Part shown: one piece after another, positions 1-8,427 of the stretch
Layout of the letters: each line of letters begins with the position of its first letter
Numbering within the stretch: position 1 is the stretch's first letter
IMG/VR virus record: IMGVR_UViG_3300045957_000043
Coordinates: 1-56,144 of that record
Length of the DNA: 56,144 nucleotides
Source of the DNA: a virus
Taxonomy: Duplodnaviria; Caudoviricetes
Reading direction: 5' to 3' (one strand)
The notes under the pieces: model-generated
Told to the model about the DNA's origin: nothing
The model's database searches: none
Seen by the model: only the letters and a program-made list of their open reading frames with translations
Program-made: the position numbers and the translations under genes

Positions 1-65
1 AGCAAGTGTTCTCCCGGCACGCCGCTATCAGCGCAGCAAACCAGATACTAACCGCCATCGGATAA
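1..65 (+). CDS. C-terminal end of the vWA-like protein starting at 55370 (across the junction)
   Basis: G(56144)+AG gives GAG, then QVFSRHAAISAANQILTAIG, with TAA at 63-65. Confidence 0.8.
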   Translation, partial: QVFSRHAAISAANQILTAIG

Positions 66-66
66 C

Positions 67-127
67 GCCGCGTGTAGGTCGCGCGAACCTGCCCTAGATC
101 GGTCTAGCCTAGGGCAGGCTGCGCGGC
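67..127 (+). other. Intergenic stem-loop in the early transcript
   Basis: CCTGCCCTAG (88-97) pairs with CTAGGGCAGG (109-118); outer GCCGCG/CGCGGC. Confidence 0.5.
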
Positions 128-159
128 TTACTTGTGCCACCAATCTGTCACTACATTAT

Positions 160-170
160 GAAAGGCTAGA
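160..170 (+). promoter_or_regulatory. GAAAGGCTAGA translation-initiation motif (one of 7 copies: 160, 494, 796, 872, 1136, 53970, 55357)
   Basis: Identical 11-mer 2-9 nt upstream of ATG codons in the early operon. Confidence 0.85.
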
Positions 171-174
171 TAAG

Positions 175-453
175 ATGAAACCCGAAGTCGAGACTTGCGC
201 AAACCTGTCGATGGACATCGGAAACTCACTCGCGCGTCTCATTGTGGAAGTGTGCGAAACTCACGACTTAGACGCTGGCGAAACGCACAGCGTCCTGCTT
301 GCTGTCTTCAATATGTTGCTTTCGAAAGCGGCGGCGCTAGCTGTAACTACCGACAGCGCAGAAGCTGTTAGCGATCTTACGCTGTCGTTCGGGAATCTAC
401 TGCAGCGCACAGTGACTAGCGAAATCGCACGGCAACGCATGTGCGCCAACTAA
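175..453 (+). CDS. Hypothetical early protein
   Basis: 92-aa ORF preceded by GAAAGGCTAGA. Confidence 0.75.
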   Translation: MKPEVETCANLSMDIGNSLARLIVEVCETHDLDAGETHSVLLAVFNMLLSKAAALAVTTDSAEAVSDLTLSFGNLLQRTVTSEIARQRMCAN

Positions 454-509
454 CCGTCAATCAGATAAAAGAGCAGGCATCGCGATGCCTGCAGAAAGGC
501 TAGAAACCC

Positions 510-623
510 ATGTTTACGGAACGTGACGCGATCTGTGTAGTTCTGATTCTGCTGGTCGGCGGTCTCGCCGAACTGTACCGGGTGCACTGTCAGCTAGAGG
601 AGCTTTGGCGCGATGACGAGTAA
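510..623 (+). CDS. Small hydrophobic early protein (37 aa; not in ORF track)
   Basis: MFTERDAICVVLILLVGGLAELYRVHCQLEELWRDDE; motif at 494-504, preceded by a 20-bp palindrome at 473-492. Confidence 0.65.
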   Translation: MFTERDAICVVLILLVGGLAELYRVHCQLEELWRDDE

Positions 624-813
624 CGTAGTCGGAGCTATACGGTATGCCGTACTCGAAAGCGATGAGTCTCTAAGATCGCTCGCCAGAAAAGCAGGCGTTA
701 ACGTTAGCGTAGTCTCGCGATTCGCATGTGGTCGCGATATTTCTGTCGATAACTTAACTAAGCTTGCCCGCGCGGTCGGGTGTGCAATCGCTATCGAAAG
801 GCTAGAAAGATGA
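613..813 (+). CDS. XRE/Cro-like helix-turn-helix protein
   Basis: SLRSLARKAGVNVSVVSRF...ISVDNLTKLARAVG HTH pattern. Confidence 0.8.
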   Translation: MTSNVVGAIRYAVLESDESLRSLARKAGVNVSVVSRFACGRDISVDNLTKLARAVGCAIAIERLER

Positions 814-881
814 GCGTCACAGCTTGGCTACTGTTGTCGATGATTGTAGTTGTCACTTCGATGTGTTTTTTGAAAGGCTAG
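810..881 (+). CDS. 23-aa hydrophobic peptide (not in ORF track)
   Basis: MSVTAWLLLSMIVVVTSMCFLKG; motif at 796-806 upstream; its TAG stop lies inside the next motif copy. Confidence 0.55.
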   Translation: MSVTAWLLLSMIVVVTSMCFLKG

Positions 882-884
882 ATT

Positions 885-1145
885 ATGAACGACAGATACC
901 CAACTCATAAGCCGTTTACCGACCCGGCTTGGTCAGCAGACATGCTCAGGGACTACGAAAGCAACGGTGGCGAAATCTACGTCTCGCGGGTCGACTGGTG
1001 CACCTCAACCGGGCGTCGAATCAGCCACGATATCGAAGCCCCCACGGAAGCTATCGCGAGACTACAGACTAGGCGTTTAACCGGACTTGGCGCCAACCGT
1101 GGCTATGAAGTTTTTGCACAAGATCACCCCACTAAGAAAGGCTAG
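885..1145 (+). CDS. Hypothetical early protein
   Basis: 86-aa ORF, motif at 872-882. Confidence 0.7.
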   Translation: MNDRYPTHKPFTDPAWSADMLRDYESNGGEIYVSRVDWCTSTGRRISHDIEAPTEAIARLQTRRLTGLGANRGYEVFAQDHPTKKG

Positions 1146-1155
1146 ATAGAAGATC

Positions 1156-1419
1156 ATGAAATTCAAACCCGGAACCCTAGTAGCAACGCGCGGAGCGATT
1201 GCAGAATTCTCCCAGAAAGAACTGCAGCGCAGCGTACTGCGCCATTTGCAGGCTGATTGGGGCGATACATGCCCGGAAGACGCGGAGCTTAACGACCGCG
1301 CGTTAGCCGACGGCGGTCGAATCCTGTCGGTATACGCTTTCCCAGAATCGCGCAGATTGTGGATTATCACGGAAGCCGACCGATCGGCGACTACGTGTTT
1401 ACTGCCGGAAGAATATTAA
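1156..1419 (+). CDS. Conserved plasmid/phage-related small protein
   Basis: F.PG.LVAT.GA...RH...DWG...ED...N..AL..G.RILS.Y...WIITEADRS.TT.LLPEEY signature. Confidence 0.8.
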   Translation: MKFKPGTLVATRGAIAEFSQKELQRSVLRHLQADWGDTCPEDAELNDRALADGGRILSVYAFPESRRLWIITEADRSATTCLLPEEY

Positions 1420-1613
1420 TGGACCGCCACGAATTCTTTACGTTGGAGGCCGAAATCAGTGAACTGTCCGAGAAGATCCGCGTGGCGCAGCATAGTCTTG
1501 TCCGCAACGGTCTACCTAGTTTTCGGCTCAAGCATGATTGTCTCGGCACAATGAAAGTTAACATCGACGTGCTTATCGCGCGGTTAAACTCGCTACGAGA
1601 TCAGATGCGATAA
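1419..1613 (+). CDS. Hypothetical protein
   Basis: ATG overlaps the upstream TAA (TAATG); MDRHEFF... Confidence 0.6.
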   Translation: MDRHEFFTLEAEISELSEKIRVAQHSLVRNGLPSFRLKHDCLGTMKVNIDVLIARLNSLRDQMR

Positions 1614-1624
1614 GCAAGGCGAGA

Positions 1625-1659
1625 CTACACCCGGTGCGAAGCTGTTGCACTGGGTGTAG
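1625..1659 (+). terminator. Stem-loop, possible terminator or processing site
   Basis: CTACACCCGGTGCGA / TTGCACTGGGTGTAG 15-bp stem. Confidence 0.45.
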
Positions 1660-1700
1660 CCGGTCTGTCTAATTATCACAGCTACACACTACACACAGGG

Positions 1701-1976
1701 GTGAAAAAGCGATACCAAGTTTACGTGGACAGAGGCAACGGTCTAGAGCTTGACGGTTGTTGGGGCAGCGAAGAAGCGACCAGCAACAACCGCAAAGAAT
1801 GCGAATTTTTCGCGCGGGGATCGCATCGTGACTACCTCGACTGCGCGTGGGTAGTCTACGACGAAAAAGCACGGGAAGAGGTCTACCGAATTGAATCGAA
1901 GCCGGCACCGACCGCCCTGGGAATTCCGTTGCCGTTGCCGTCGCGACTAGGAACAACAGCCCCGCAGCGGCGCTAA
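1701..1976 (+). CDS. Hypothetical protein
   Basis: 91-aa ORF with GTG start; converges on the minus-strand cluster. Confidence 0.55.
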   Translation: MKKRYQVYVDRGNGLELDGCWGSEEATSNNRKECEFFARGSHRDYLDCAWVVYDEKAREEVYRIESKPAPTALGIPLPLPSRLGTTAPQRR

Positions 1977-2320
1977 ACTTGCTCACCTAGGTACCGTCCG
2001 TGTGTAGTCTCGCCTGTGATGTGGTCTTTCGTGTAGATACCACGGGGTGAGCAATGATAGGTTTTAACCTGCTGGTCTAGGTTTAGGTTTTCAGACTGCC
2101 ATACTCTAACGCGGAGTATCCGCAACGCTGTAACCAAGACTTGCTTTGCAGACTTTGCTCTACACTGCAGGTTGTTTAGTTCTACGCGCGTTTGTGTCGG
2201 GTTGTGCGTGAGCACAAACTCAAAGCTTGGCGAGTTAACCAGCCCGCCGCCTGCTTGCGGGCCGGTACGCTTGACGTACTCGACCGAAACGTCTTTTAGA
2301 AACGTCTTTAGATCGGTCAT
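1973..2320 (-). CDS. Class I peptide release factor-like fragment with GGQ changed to GGG
   Basis: DVSVEYVKRTGPQAGGGLVN...VLTHNPTQ...QVKTY...TKDHITGET parallels RF2 DLRIDTYRSSGAGGQHVN...VRITHLPTG...QIRSY...VKDHRTGxET. Confidence 0.7.
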   Translation of the reverse strand: MTDLKTFLKDVSVEYVKRTGPQAGGGLVNSPSFEFVLTHNPTQTRVELNNLQCRAKSAKQVLVTALRILRVRVWQSENLNLDQQVKTYHCSPRGIYTKDHITGETTHGRYLGEQV

Positions 2321-2329
2321 AGTACCTCG

Positions 2330-2728
2330 TCAATCCCTTGCGCGGCGAAGCTCGTCCGCAAACGCCCGCTCGTAAGTAATTCCGTAGCACCCTGGGCCGA
2401 GCAGCCAATCACCGTGTTCCGGGTGGGTTACGGTCACCGGTTCGGTCACACGCAGGCACGGCCCGGTAAGAGCGCCGTTAGATCGCGTGAAATATTCGAC
2501 GCGATCGTGGCTCAGAATGTGACGGCTGCCCTTTGTGGTCCCCGGCGCAAGTTGTAACTGCACTAAAGCGGGTTTTCCTTCTGGTTCAGCGAGTTTGTGA
2601 ATTAACACGTCGCCTTGCCGCACGTACTCACCGACAGACGCGGCTACGGGAAACTCCTGTAGATCGTCGCAGCGGATTGCTTCGAGGCTTTCGCGAATAG
2701 ATTTAAAAACTTGGGCTGCACTTGGCAT
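2330..2728 (-). CDS. Conserved RQGDV/HPEH protein, usual partner of DUF6745 genes
   Basis: YVRQGDVLI, LAPGTTKGSRHIL, VTHPEHG...LGPGCY motifs. Confidence 0.75.
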   Translation of the reverse strand: MPSAAQVFKSIRESLEAIRCDDLQEFPVAASVGEYVRQGDVLIHKLAEPEGKPALVQLQLAPGTTKGSRHILSHDRVEYFTRSNGALTGPCLRVTEPVTVTHPEHGDWLLGPGCYGITYERAFADELRRARD

Positions 2729-2743
2729 GGGTTTCTCTCCTGG

Positions 2744-2941
2744 TTAAATGGTACCCAGATCGTTTCGTAACTGGCTGTCTAGCTGACTGCGGAGCTGGTT
2801 GTGGAGCTGGCTGCGGAGCTGGTTGTGGAGCTGGCTGTAGAGCTGGCTGTAGAGCTGGCTGTGGAGCTGGCTTTCGAGCTGGCTGTAGAGCTGGCTGTAG
2901 AGCTGGCTGTGGAGCTGGTTGTGGAGCTGGGTGCCTATCAT
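2744..2941 (-). CDS. Tetrapeptide (xSQL) repeat protein, 65 aa
   Basis: MIGTQLHNQLHSQLYSQL...; ATGA overlap with the DUF6745 stop. Confidence 0.65.
   Translation of the reverse strand: MIGTQLHNQLHSQLYSQLYSQLESQLHSQLYSQLYSQLHNQLRSQLHNQLRSQLDSQLRNDLGTI
2772..2930. repeat. 12-bp tandem repeat array (GAGCTGGCTGTR-type)
   Basis: About 13 imperfect units read directly from the sequence. Confidence 0.95.
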
Positions 2942-3750
2942 GATGCACCGACGCACTTTCCGTCTGGCGCGTTTCGCACCCAAGACTGAGCCTCGCCGCA
3001 GGTCGAGACGCCTTGCGGTACTTCCAAGAAGTACACACGGGCGGTCGACGGGCACCCGCAGACCAGCACCCGAATTCCTTCGCACTCAAACAATGCTTCT
3101 TCAGTCGCCTCGATGTCATTCCGGCGCCGGTCTAAAACTTTCGCGCGGGTGGCTTTCAGAAACTTGTCCCAGCCGTACCGCTCGATCGCAATCCGGCGGA
3201 CCTCTTCGCTGTCTTCGGCTCTGATCTGCGCCACGGTTAGCGTCTCAGGTCGCATAACGATCTGCTCGGTGACACGAACCCCCGAAATCGAGTACACTCC
3301 CCAGCCGTCCCTGAATCGCACAGATGGCCCTGTATCGCAATGCAGCTCGCCAGCCTGCCAGTGTACCTCTACCGGCCTCCGAGAGACTACGGGGCTGTCT
3401 GAGAGGGCTACAAACGGACATTTCCAGCACCACTGATCAAAAGCCTCTAAAGTCTCCGAATCGAACTCTACGCCGACCAACTCGGCGCCGCGATACCACC
3501 CCGCCCACGCGGACCACCACCAGGACGCATAGTAGGGCACGTCGCCGGCGAGCCGCATCGCCGCGAGCGGCGAATCAGCCACGCGAACTTTCGGGCGGGG
3601 GTGGCCGAACCTCGCCCACATATCGCCCAGAGCTTCCGCAATCTCCGCGTCGGTGTACTGCTCGGTCTGCCTCGCGAGCCACGGGTCTTTGAAGCGTTCA
3701 ACTTGTGCCCACTGGCGGGAGGTTAACGACTCGATTCGTTGGCTGACCAT
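2938..3750 (-). CDS. DUF6745 domain protein
   Basis: ELHCDTGPSVRFRDGWGVYSISGVRV...EEVRRIAIERYGW...CPSTARVYFLEVP. Confidence 0.8.
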   Translation of the reverse strand: MVSQRIESLTSRQWAQVERFKDPWLARQTEQYTDAEIAEALGDMWARFGHPRPKVRVADSPLAAMRLAGDVPYYASWWWSAWAGWYRGAELVGVEFDSETLEAFDQWCWKCPFVALSDSPVVSRRPVEVHWQAGELHCDTGPSVRFRDGWGVYSISGVRVTEQIVMRPETLTVAQIRAEDSEEVRRIAIERYGWDKFLKATRAKVLDRRRNDIEATEEALFECEGIRVLVCGCPSTARVYFLEVPQGVSTCGEAQSWVRNAPDGKCVGAS

Positions 3751-3772
3751 TCTGAAGTCTCCTGTAGATCGG

Positions 3773-3931
3773 TTAGTAGCTGATTGTGAAGCTGTCGTCG
3801 AGCCGGGTGCAAAACCTAAAGTCGCCGATGGGTCGGGTACCCTCCGAAACTGACGACCGGAGAAGACCGGTGAGATGCTGGGTAAACTGCTCGTGAAGCT
3901 GTTTTTCCAGATAGCGGGGCGAGATCACCAT
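3773..3931 (-). CDS. Hypothetical protein (52 aa)
   Basis: MVISPRYLEKQLHEQF...; coupled to the upstream repeat ORF. Confidence 0.5.
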   Translation of the reverse strand: MVISPRYLEKQLHEQFTQHLTGLLRSSVSEGTRPIGDFRFCTRLDDSFTISY

Positions 3932-4143
3932 TGCAAGTCCTCCCGGAGTTGGCTGTCGAGCTGGTTGCCGAGTTCGCTTTCGAGCTGGTTGCCGAGCTGG
4001 CTGCGGAGCTGGCTGTGGAGCTGGCTGTAGAGCTGGCTGTAGAGCTGGCTGCGGAGCTGGCTGTGGAGCTGGCTGTAGAGCTGGCTGTAGAGCTGGCTTT
4101 CGAGCTGGCTGCAGAGCTGGTTGCTGAGCTGGTTCGCGTTCAT
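3925..4143 (-). CDS. Second xSQL tetrapeptide repeat protein, 72 aa
   Basis: MNANQLSNQLCSQLESQLYSQL...; GAGGG RBS. Confidence 0.65.
   Translation of the reverse strand: MNANQLSNQLCSQLESQLYSQLYSQLHSQLRSQLYSQLYSQLHSQLRSQLGNQLESELGNQLDSQLREDLQW
3946..4133. repeat. 12-bp tandem repeat array, same unit and orientation as 2772-2930
   Basis: About 15 imperfect units. Confidence 0.95.
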
Positions 4144-4175
4144 AGTCAAGACCCTCTTCAAGCTGACTGCGGACC

Positions 4176-4204
4176 ATACTACCGCCAGCCTATCAGAACG
4201 TCAA
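4176..4204 (-). promoter_or_regulatory. Sigma70-like promoter for the DUF6745 cluster
   Basis: TTGACG-17bp-TAGTAT; ATAGGCTG motif in the spacer. Confidence 0.65.
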
Positions 4205-4229
4205 TAGACGTCCGTCCATTTTCTTAGAC

Positions 4230-4860
4230 TCTCGCAGGGGGTTTTACTCGCGACGAACCACGGGCGGTTCCCGCCGTGTTCGCAGGGGGTTGAAAGTCAG
4301 AAAACGCGCTAAAGGCAAAAACCCCTCTTCTGGGAGGGGGTAGTCTTATTTTATTATATTTTTATATTAATTAATTAGTTATAGCTACTGACCCTTGGTC
4401 TCCCCCCACCCGTGGGGCCCCGTTTGGGGGATTGTGAGAGGGTGACACTTACAACAAATAATTAATTAATAAATTACCCGTCTGAGACGCAAAAAACACT
4501 TGTTTTATAGGGTCAATCAGGCTTCGGGTATTATTTTCGCCAGATGTGGAAACAAAGTCGAATTCGCGCGGCGATGACACAAACTGTCAAATGAAAAATA
4601 GGGAAAAAACTGGCCACGCTTCCGCAGTGAATTAGTTTCAACCCCGGCGCGAACTAATTAGTCTAAGAAACAGAACCCGGGGGGTATGCAAATACCCCCG
4701 CCTGATTTTGGCCTTGAGGGGGCTTCACAGCCCAGCAGCCAGCAAGCCAAATCGCAACCATTTTCCATGCCGGAGGCTCGCTGGTGAGCGTCTATTAAAG
4801 TAGACCCGACCTCGGATCAGCGGTCGACTTCATGTCAAAGAGGGCGGTCCCGCCGGCACT
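4230..4860. other. Putative replication origin region
   Basis: ~630 bp non-coding next to the primase gene; AT-only tracts at 4346-4377 and 4456-4477; TCGCAGGGGGTT direct repeats; several inverted repeats. Confidence 0.5.
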
Positions 4861-7100
4861 CAGATTGTGCTACGTGCGACCCACTGTTTCGGCGGCTTAA
4901 AGTCTGGCATGGCCAGCACCGTCGGGGGCCGCCCCGGTCCCGCTGCGGGCGTGAGATACGCAGCCACTTCCCCGCGTTCAAGCAGACGCAGGACCGCGTG
5001 TTTGATCTTCTTGTGGGCCAGCGTCGTGCTGCGATAAATCTGAGTGAGGCTCTTCGGCTCGTCGGCTAATTGCCGCAGGACGGCACTGGTGAGCTGCTCT
5101 TCGGCTCTGTCTTCGTCTGACGCGATCGTGGCTGCTTTGACGAGCATATCCTCGACAGCCTTCAGGCGGTCCACTACGACGCTGTGAGCGGCCTTAAGAT
5201 CGCATTCTTCGACCTGGAACCCCTGGTCTAGGTTTCCCCAGCTGCGGCTCAACGCGAACAGCAGCGCGAGTTTCTGGATGTGCAGCACCGCGCGAACCCA
5301 GATCGTAGCTCTTACGTTGTTGCCGGCTTCCCGGTCGTCCCGCACTCTGGAATCAATTGCGCGACGGTATTTGCTGAGCAGCTGCCGGCCTTTGGGGCTG
5401 TAGTGTATTGTGCGCGGCTGGTCTAATAGCAAAAGCTGCTTAGCGAACGCGAGTAAAGCTTCCGGGACGGGAATAAACCCGATACTCTCGTCAGCTAGGT
5501 CTACATGCGGGATCTCGAAGACTAAAATCCTGGAGAGAAACCCGTCGATAGATAGCCCTGTGTTTACAGCCGGCCAGAAAGTCTCGGGGGTACTTGCGCC
5601 CTGGACGATCACCCGGGGATTAGTGCACGAGACTTGTTTGCCGTCAGCGTAAGTCTTTCGCACGTGGTCGGTGCTGTACAGTTCCATGAGCGTAACAGGG
5701 AGCGCCGCTAGATGCTGGCTGTTTGAGTTCGCGCGGAGTTTGCCGCCGATCTCGTCGATCTGCAGGAGCACCCCTGGGACTTGCGCGGCGATTGCGACAG
5801 CAGCCTGCGCGCTGGCTACGTCGGTGTAGACTAAGCCGTTAGCGCCGGCTTCGAACATTAAGCTCTGTACGCTTTTGCGGGTGTGCTCTTTGCCACCCCC
5901 GGACGCGGCTAAATTCACAGTAAACAGCCTGAGATCAATCCGGTCTTGCTTGATCGTGCGGCAGCCGAGCGAAGCTAACGCTGTGATCGCTGCAGAGAAC
6001 GCGAACTGCTCGTGCGGCCTGGGCGCCGTCTGCATGTAGTAGTTCATGAACTCCGAGATAAACCCCGGCACCCAGAAATCCACGACCCCCTTGCCTGCTC
6101 CTGCTCCCGCTCCCGGCTCGGTGTTCCCGCTCGGTGGCGCGGGGAGCACTCCTGTAGGCTCGTAAATACAGTCTTCCGCTTTGGCCAGGGCTTGCAGGCT
6201 TCGGTGCATGTCGACTTGCTCGTTTAACGGCGGCTCTTCATGAAATAACTCACGGATAGTCCATTTACAGCTTGCATGGAGACAAGATCCCGTGAGCTTG
6301 CCGTCGGACTGCAGACACACCGAGCACGAGTTATCCCCGACGTGCCTCGGACTGGTATTCTGGGGATTATCTGAATACTCTTTGCAACAGTGAGCTTGCT
6401 TGAATTTCCAGATATAAGCCCCTGAGCCCCAGACTTCCCGTGAAGACTCGATGCCTAGTTCTTGGAGCTTGACTTCGCAGTACAAAGCTTGCTGGCGGAC
6501 CAGCTCGGGGTTACTAACTGCGGGTTCCTGGACTTCGCGCGGTTTATTCCCGGCGATCGCGTGCTGTGAGACCCACTCTAGAAACTCATCTACACATTGC
6601 GATGGGTGGCAGGATTCTGGAGTGCCCAGTAAATCTTCGTTTAAGTCAAACGGCTGATAGGTATTCGCGCAGAACCTACCGGAAGTATTCGCGTAGATTT
6701 CAAGAGTCACGCCACCCGGTAGCTCGTATTTGCCGGAATACTGGGTGTTAGTCTCTGTGTAGCCTAAGAAATGCAGTCCCTTGCCCGAGCAGCTGCGCTC
6801 GCAGAAAGTATCTTTCAGCAGCTCGCAGACCTGCCTGTATTTTGGGTTTAGCTCGCCGGAGTCTAGAAAGACATCTGAGTCTAGGTCTATTAAGACTAGT
6901 TTGTTTTCGCGGTTGCAGTAACACCCTGTGGCGCCACTACACTGTGGCTTAGTCTGAGAGTATTCCTGCGCGAGCTTGTACGAAGTTAAGCCTTGCGGGT
7001 AGCCTTTTGATGTTCCGGTTTTTGGGTTGATCGCGAGTTTGGGATTTTTCTTAGATACCGGCAGGTGACAGTCGAGTTCGCGTAGGTCAACAGCAAGCAT
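4860..7100 (-). CDS. Primase-polymerase (AEP-like) fused to a DUF3987-like helicase domain
   Basis: LIDLD, ERSCSGKGLHF, LEIY...RF in the N-terminus; CLHASC; AASGGGKE Walker A, QIDEIG Walker B, DGFLSR. Confidence 0.85.
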   Translation of the reverse strand: MLAVDLRELDCHLPVSKKNPKLAINPKTGTSKGYPQGLTSYKLAQEYSQTKPQCSGATGCYCNRENKLVLIDLDSDVFLDSGELNPKYRQVCELLKDTFCERSCSGKGLHFLGYTETNTQYSGKYELPGGVTLEIYANTSGRFCANTYQPFDLNEDLLGTPESCHPSQCVDEFLEWVSQHAIAGNKPREVQEPAVSNPELVRQQALYCEVKLQELGIESSREVWGSGAYIWKFKQAHCCKEYSDNPQNTSPRHVGDNSCSVCLQSDGKLTGSCLHASCKWTIRELFHEEPPLNEQVDMHRSLQALAKAEDCIYEPTGVLPAPPSGNTEPGAGAGAGKGVVDFWVPGFISEFMNYYMQTAPRPHEQFAFSAAITALASLGCRTIKQDRIDLRLFTVNLAASGGGKEHTRKSVQSLMFEAGANGLVYTDVASAQAAVAIAAQVPGVLLQIDEIGGKLRANSNSQHLAALPVTLMELYSTDHVRKTYADGKQVSCTNPRVIVQGASTPETFWPAVNTGLSIDGFLSRILVFEIPHVDLADESIGFIPVPEALLAFAKQLLLLDQPRTIHYSPKGRQLLSKYRRAIDSRVRDDREAGNNVRATIWVRAVLHIQKLALLFALSRSWGNLDQGFQVEECDLKAAHSVVVDRLKAVEDMLVKAATIASDEDRAEEQLTSAVLRQLADEPKSLTQIYRSTTLAHKKIKHAVLRLLERGEVAAYLTPAAGPGRPPTVLAMPDFKPPKQWVARSTI

Positions 7101-7191
7101 CGCAGCCCCTCTAAACAAAAACAATGCCGCCTGCAAAACTGCTTGCAAGCGGCATTTAAGTATACCCACCCTGTGATTAGGCAGTCACCGT

Positions 7192-7611
7192 CTACAAATC
7201 TGGACTGAACTCCAGGACGTGTTCCCAACAGGCAATTAGGTTCAGGCAACTCGGGGTCTTTTCGTACTGCTGCTTTTGGCCGACGATCGCCCAGTCGTGG
7301 GTGAACAAGTCAATAAACCGAGCGCCTGCATGGGGCCAGACGGGAACCTCTTCCGGCCAGTCCCAGTTCGAGCCGTAGACTCGATCTAGAAAGTATTTCG
7401 CCGCCTTCTCGTAATGAAACTCGGCGGGATGACCTTCGTCGAACGACTGTATTGCGAGGTAGAGCCACGCCGCGTGACAGCCGGGTGTGCCGCAATCGGG
7501 CTCTAGCTCTTCGCTGGCCATGTCGACGCCGGCTTCGCCGTACTGTTTGCGGTAGTTCCAGTCGAGATTGCCCAGCGCAGTTACGACTTTTTCAAGATAT
7601 TCGCGGTTCAC
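7192..7611 (-). CDS. Hypothetical phage protein (CGTxGC motif)
   Basis: 139-aa ORF in operon orientation. Confidence 0.7.
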   Translation of the reverse strand: MNREYLEKVVTALGNLDWNYRKQYGEAGVDMASEELEPDCGTPGCHAAWLYLAIQSFDEGHPAEFHYEKAAKYFLDRVYGSNWDWPEEVPVWPHAGARFIDLFTHDWAIVGQKQQYEKTPSCLNLIACWEHVLEFSPDL

Positions 7612-7759
7612 GTTCGAGCCCTTCAGGTTTGACTTTGCTTTTCACCAGCTTCGGTAAAAACATCGGCTGGTACTTACCTGACTGGGCTCGATACGGCGCG
7701 AGTGTAGTCCGAGTTGAGCCCCGTTTGCGTCTAACTAGTTCTCTTCCACGTTTCATGAT

Positions 7760-7972
7760 TCACACTCCCTTGCTCTTTCGCCGTAGTCCCCCTAGGGGAT
7801 CACTTGCCCAACCCGGTTTTTCTTTTTCTGCGGGGCTCTCGCCTTTACTGCTGTCGTACCTAGGATCTTCACTCCAGCCGCACTGCCAGCAACCCCACGG
7901 TCCATAGACGTAGCCCACGCCGACGTCGACTTCATCACGTTCGCATTCTTCGCCGCATTTTTCACAGTTCAT
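7760..7972 (-). CDS. Small zinc-ribbon protein
   Basis: CEKC...VDVGVG...CWQC; AGAGGAG RBS. Confidence 0.75.
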   Translation of the reverse strand: MNCEKCGEECERDEVDVGVGYVYGPWGCWQCGWSEDPRYDSSKGESPAEKEKPGWASDPLGGLRRKSKGV

Positions 7973-8120
7973 TGCAGCACTCCTCTACGAAACTCAAAGG
8001 CATCGGGCGACTTTCAAGCAACCGCTCGGCAGCTACCTTCCCCGGTAACAACCCGCTCTAGCTCGTAGTAAAGCGTATCTAGATTCAGTTCAGCACGTCG
8101 GTGTTTTGCGAGTTCGCTGG

Positions 8121-8294
8121 TCACTGCTCAGCCTCCCATTCGCAGCACGATTCGTCAGAGGCTAAATAGACTTTGCGGTTCCAGAAACCCTCGACCAACC
8201 GCGTGAGCAGCAGCTCGTCGGCGGCGGTTTCCGCCTGCAACGTGAGCATCTGAGGCCGCCGAGATTCCGCGTCCGCGACAAATAAAACTTTCAT
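8121..8294 (-). CDS. Hypothetical protein, paralog of 17428-17658
   Basis: LTLQAETAADELLLTRLV vs LILKADTFGDEKLLHRLI. Confidence 0.6.
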   Translation of the reverse strand: MKVLFVADAESRRPQMLTLQAETAADELLLTRLVEGFWNRKVYLASDESCCEWEAEQ

Positions 8295-8427
8295 ACCCTG
8301 CACTCCTAGCTGGAAAGGAAAATAGTCCGCTGCCCCTTTGGACTGCAAAATAAACGGACACTCACCTTGCATGTGTTAGTAATTAAACCAACAGCCGCAG
8401 GGGCAGCGGCATATCGACACGACTAGT

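Noticed and set aside
2772-4133. Repeat arrays as CRISPR or as DGR template/variable repeats
   Set aside because: No unique spacers, cas genes or reverse transcriptase, and no adenine-specific mismatch pattern.
2703-4227. Alternative-frame repeat ORFs (QPAL/QPAP, AGCG/AGCR, ELAV repeats)
   Set aside because: Shadows of the 12-bp arrays; only the xSQL frame has RBS or coupling and matches operon direction.
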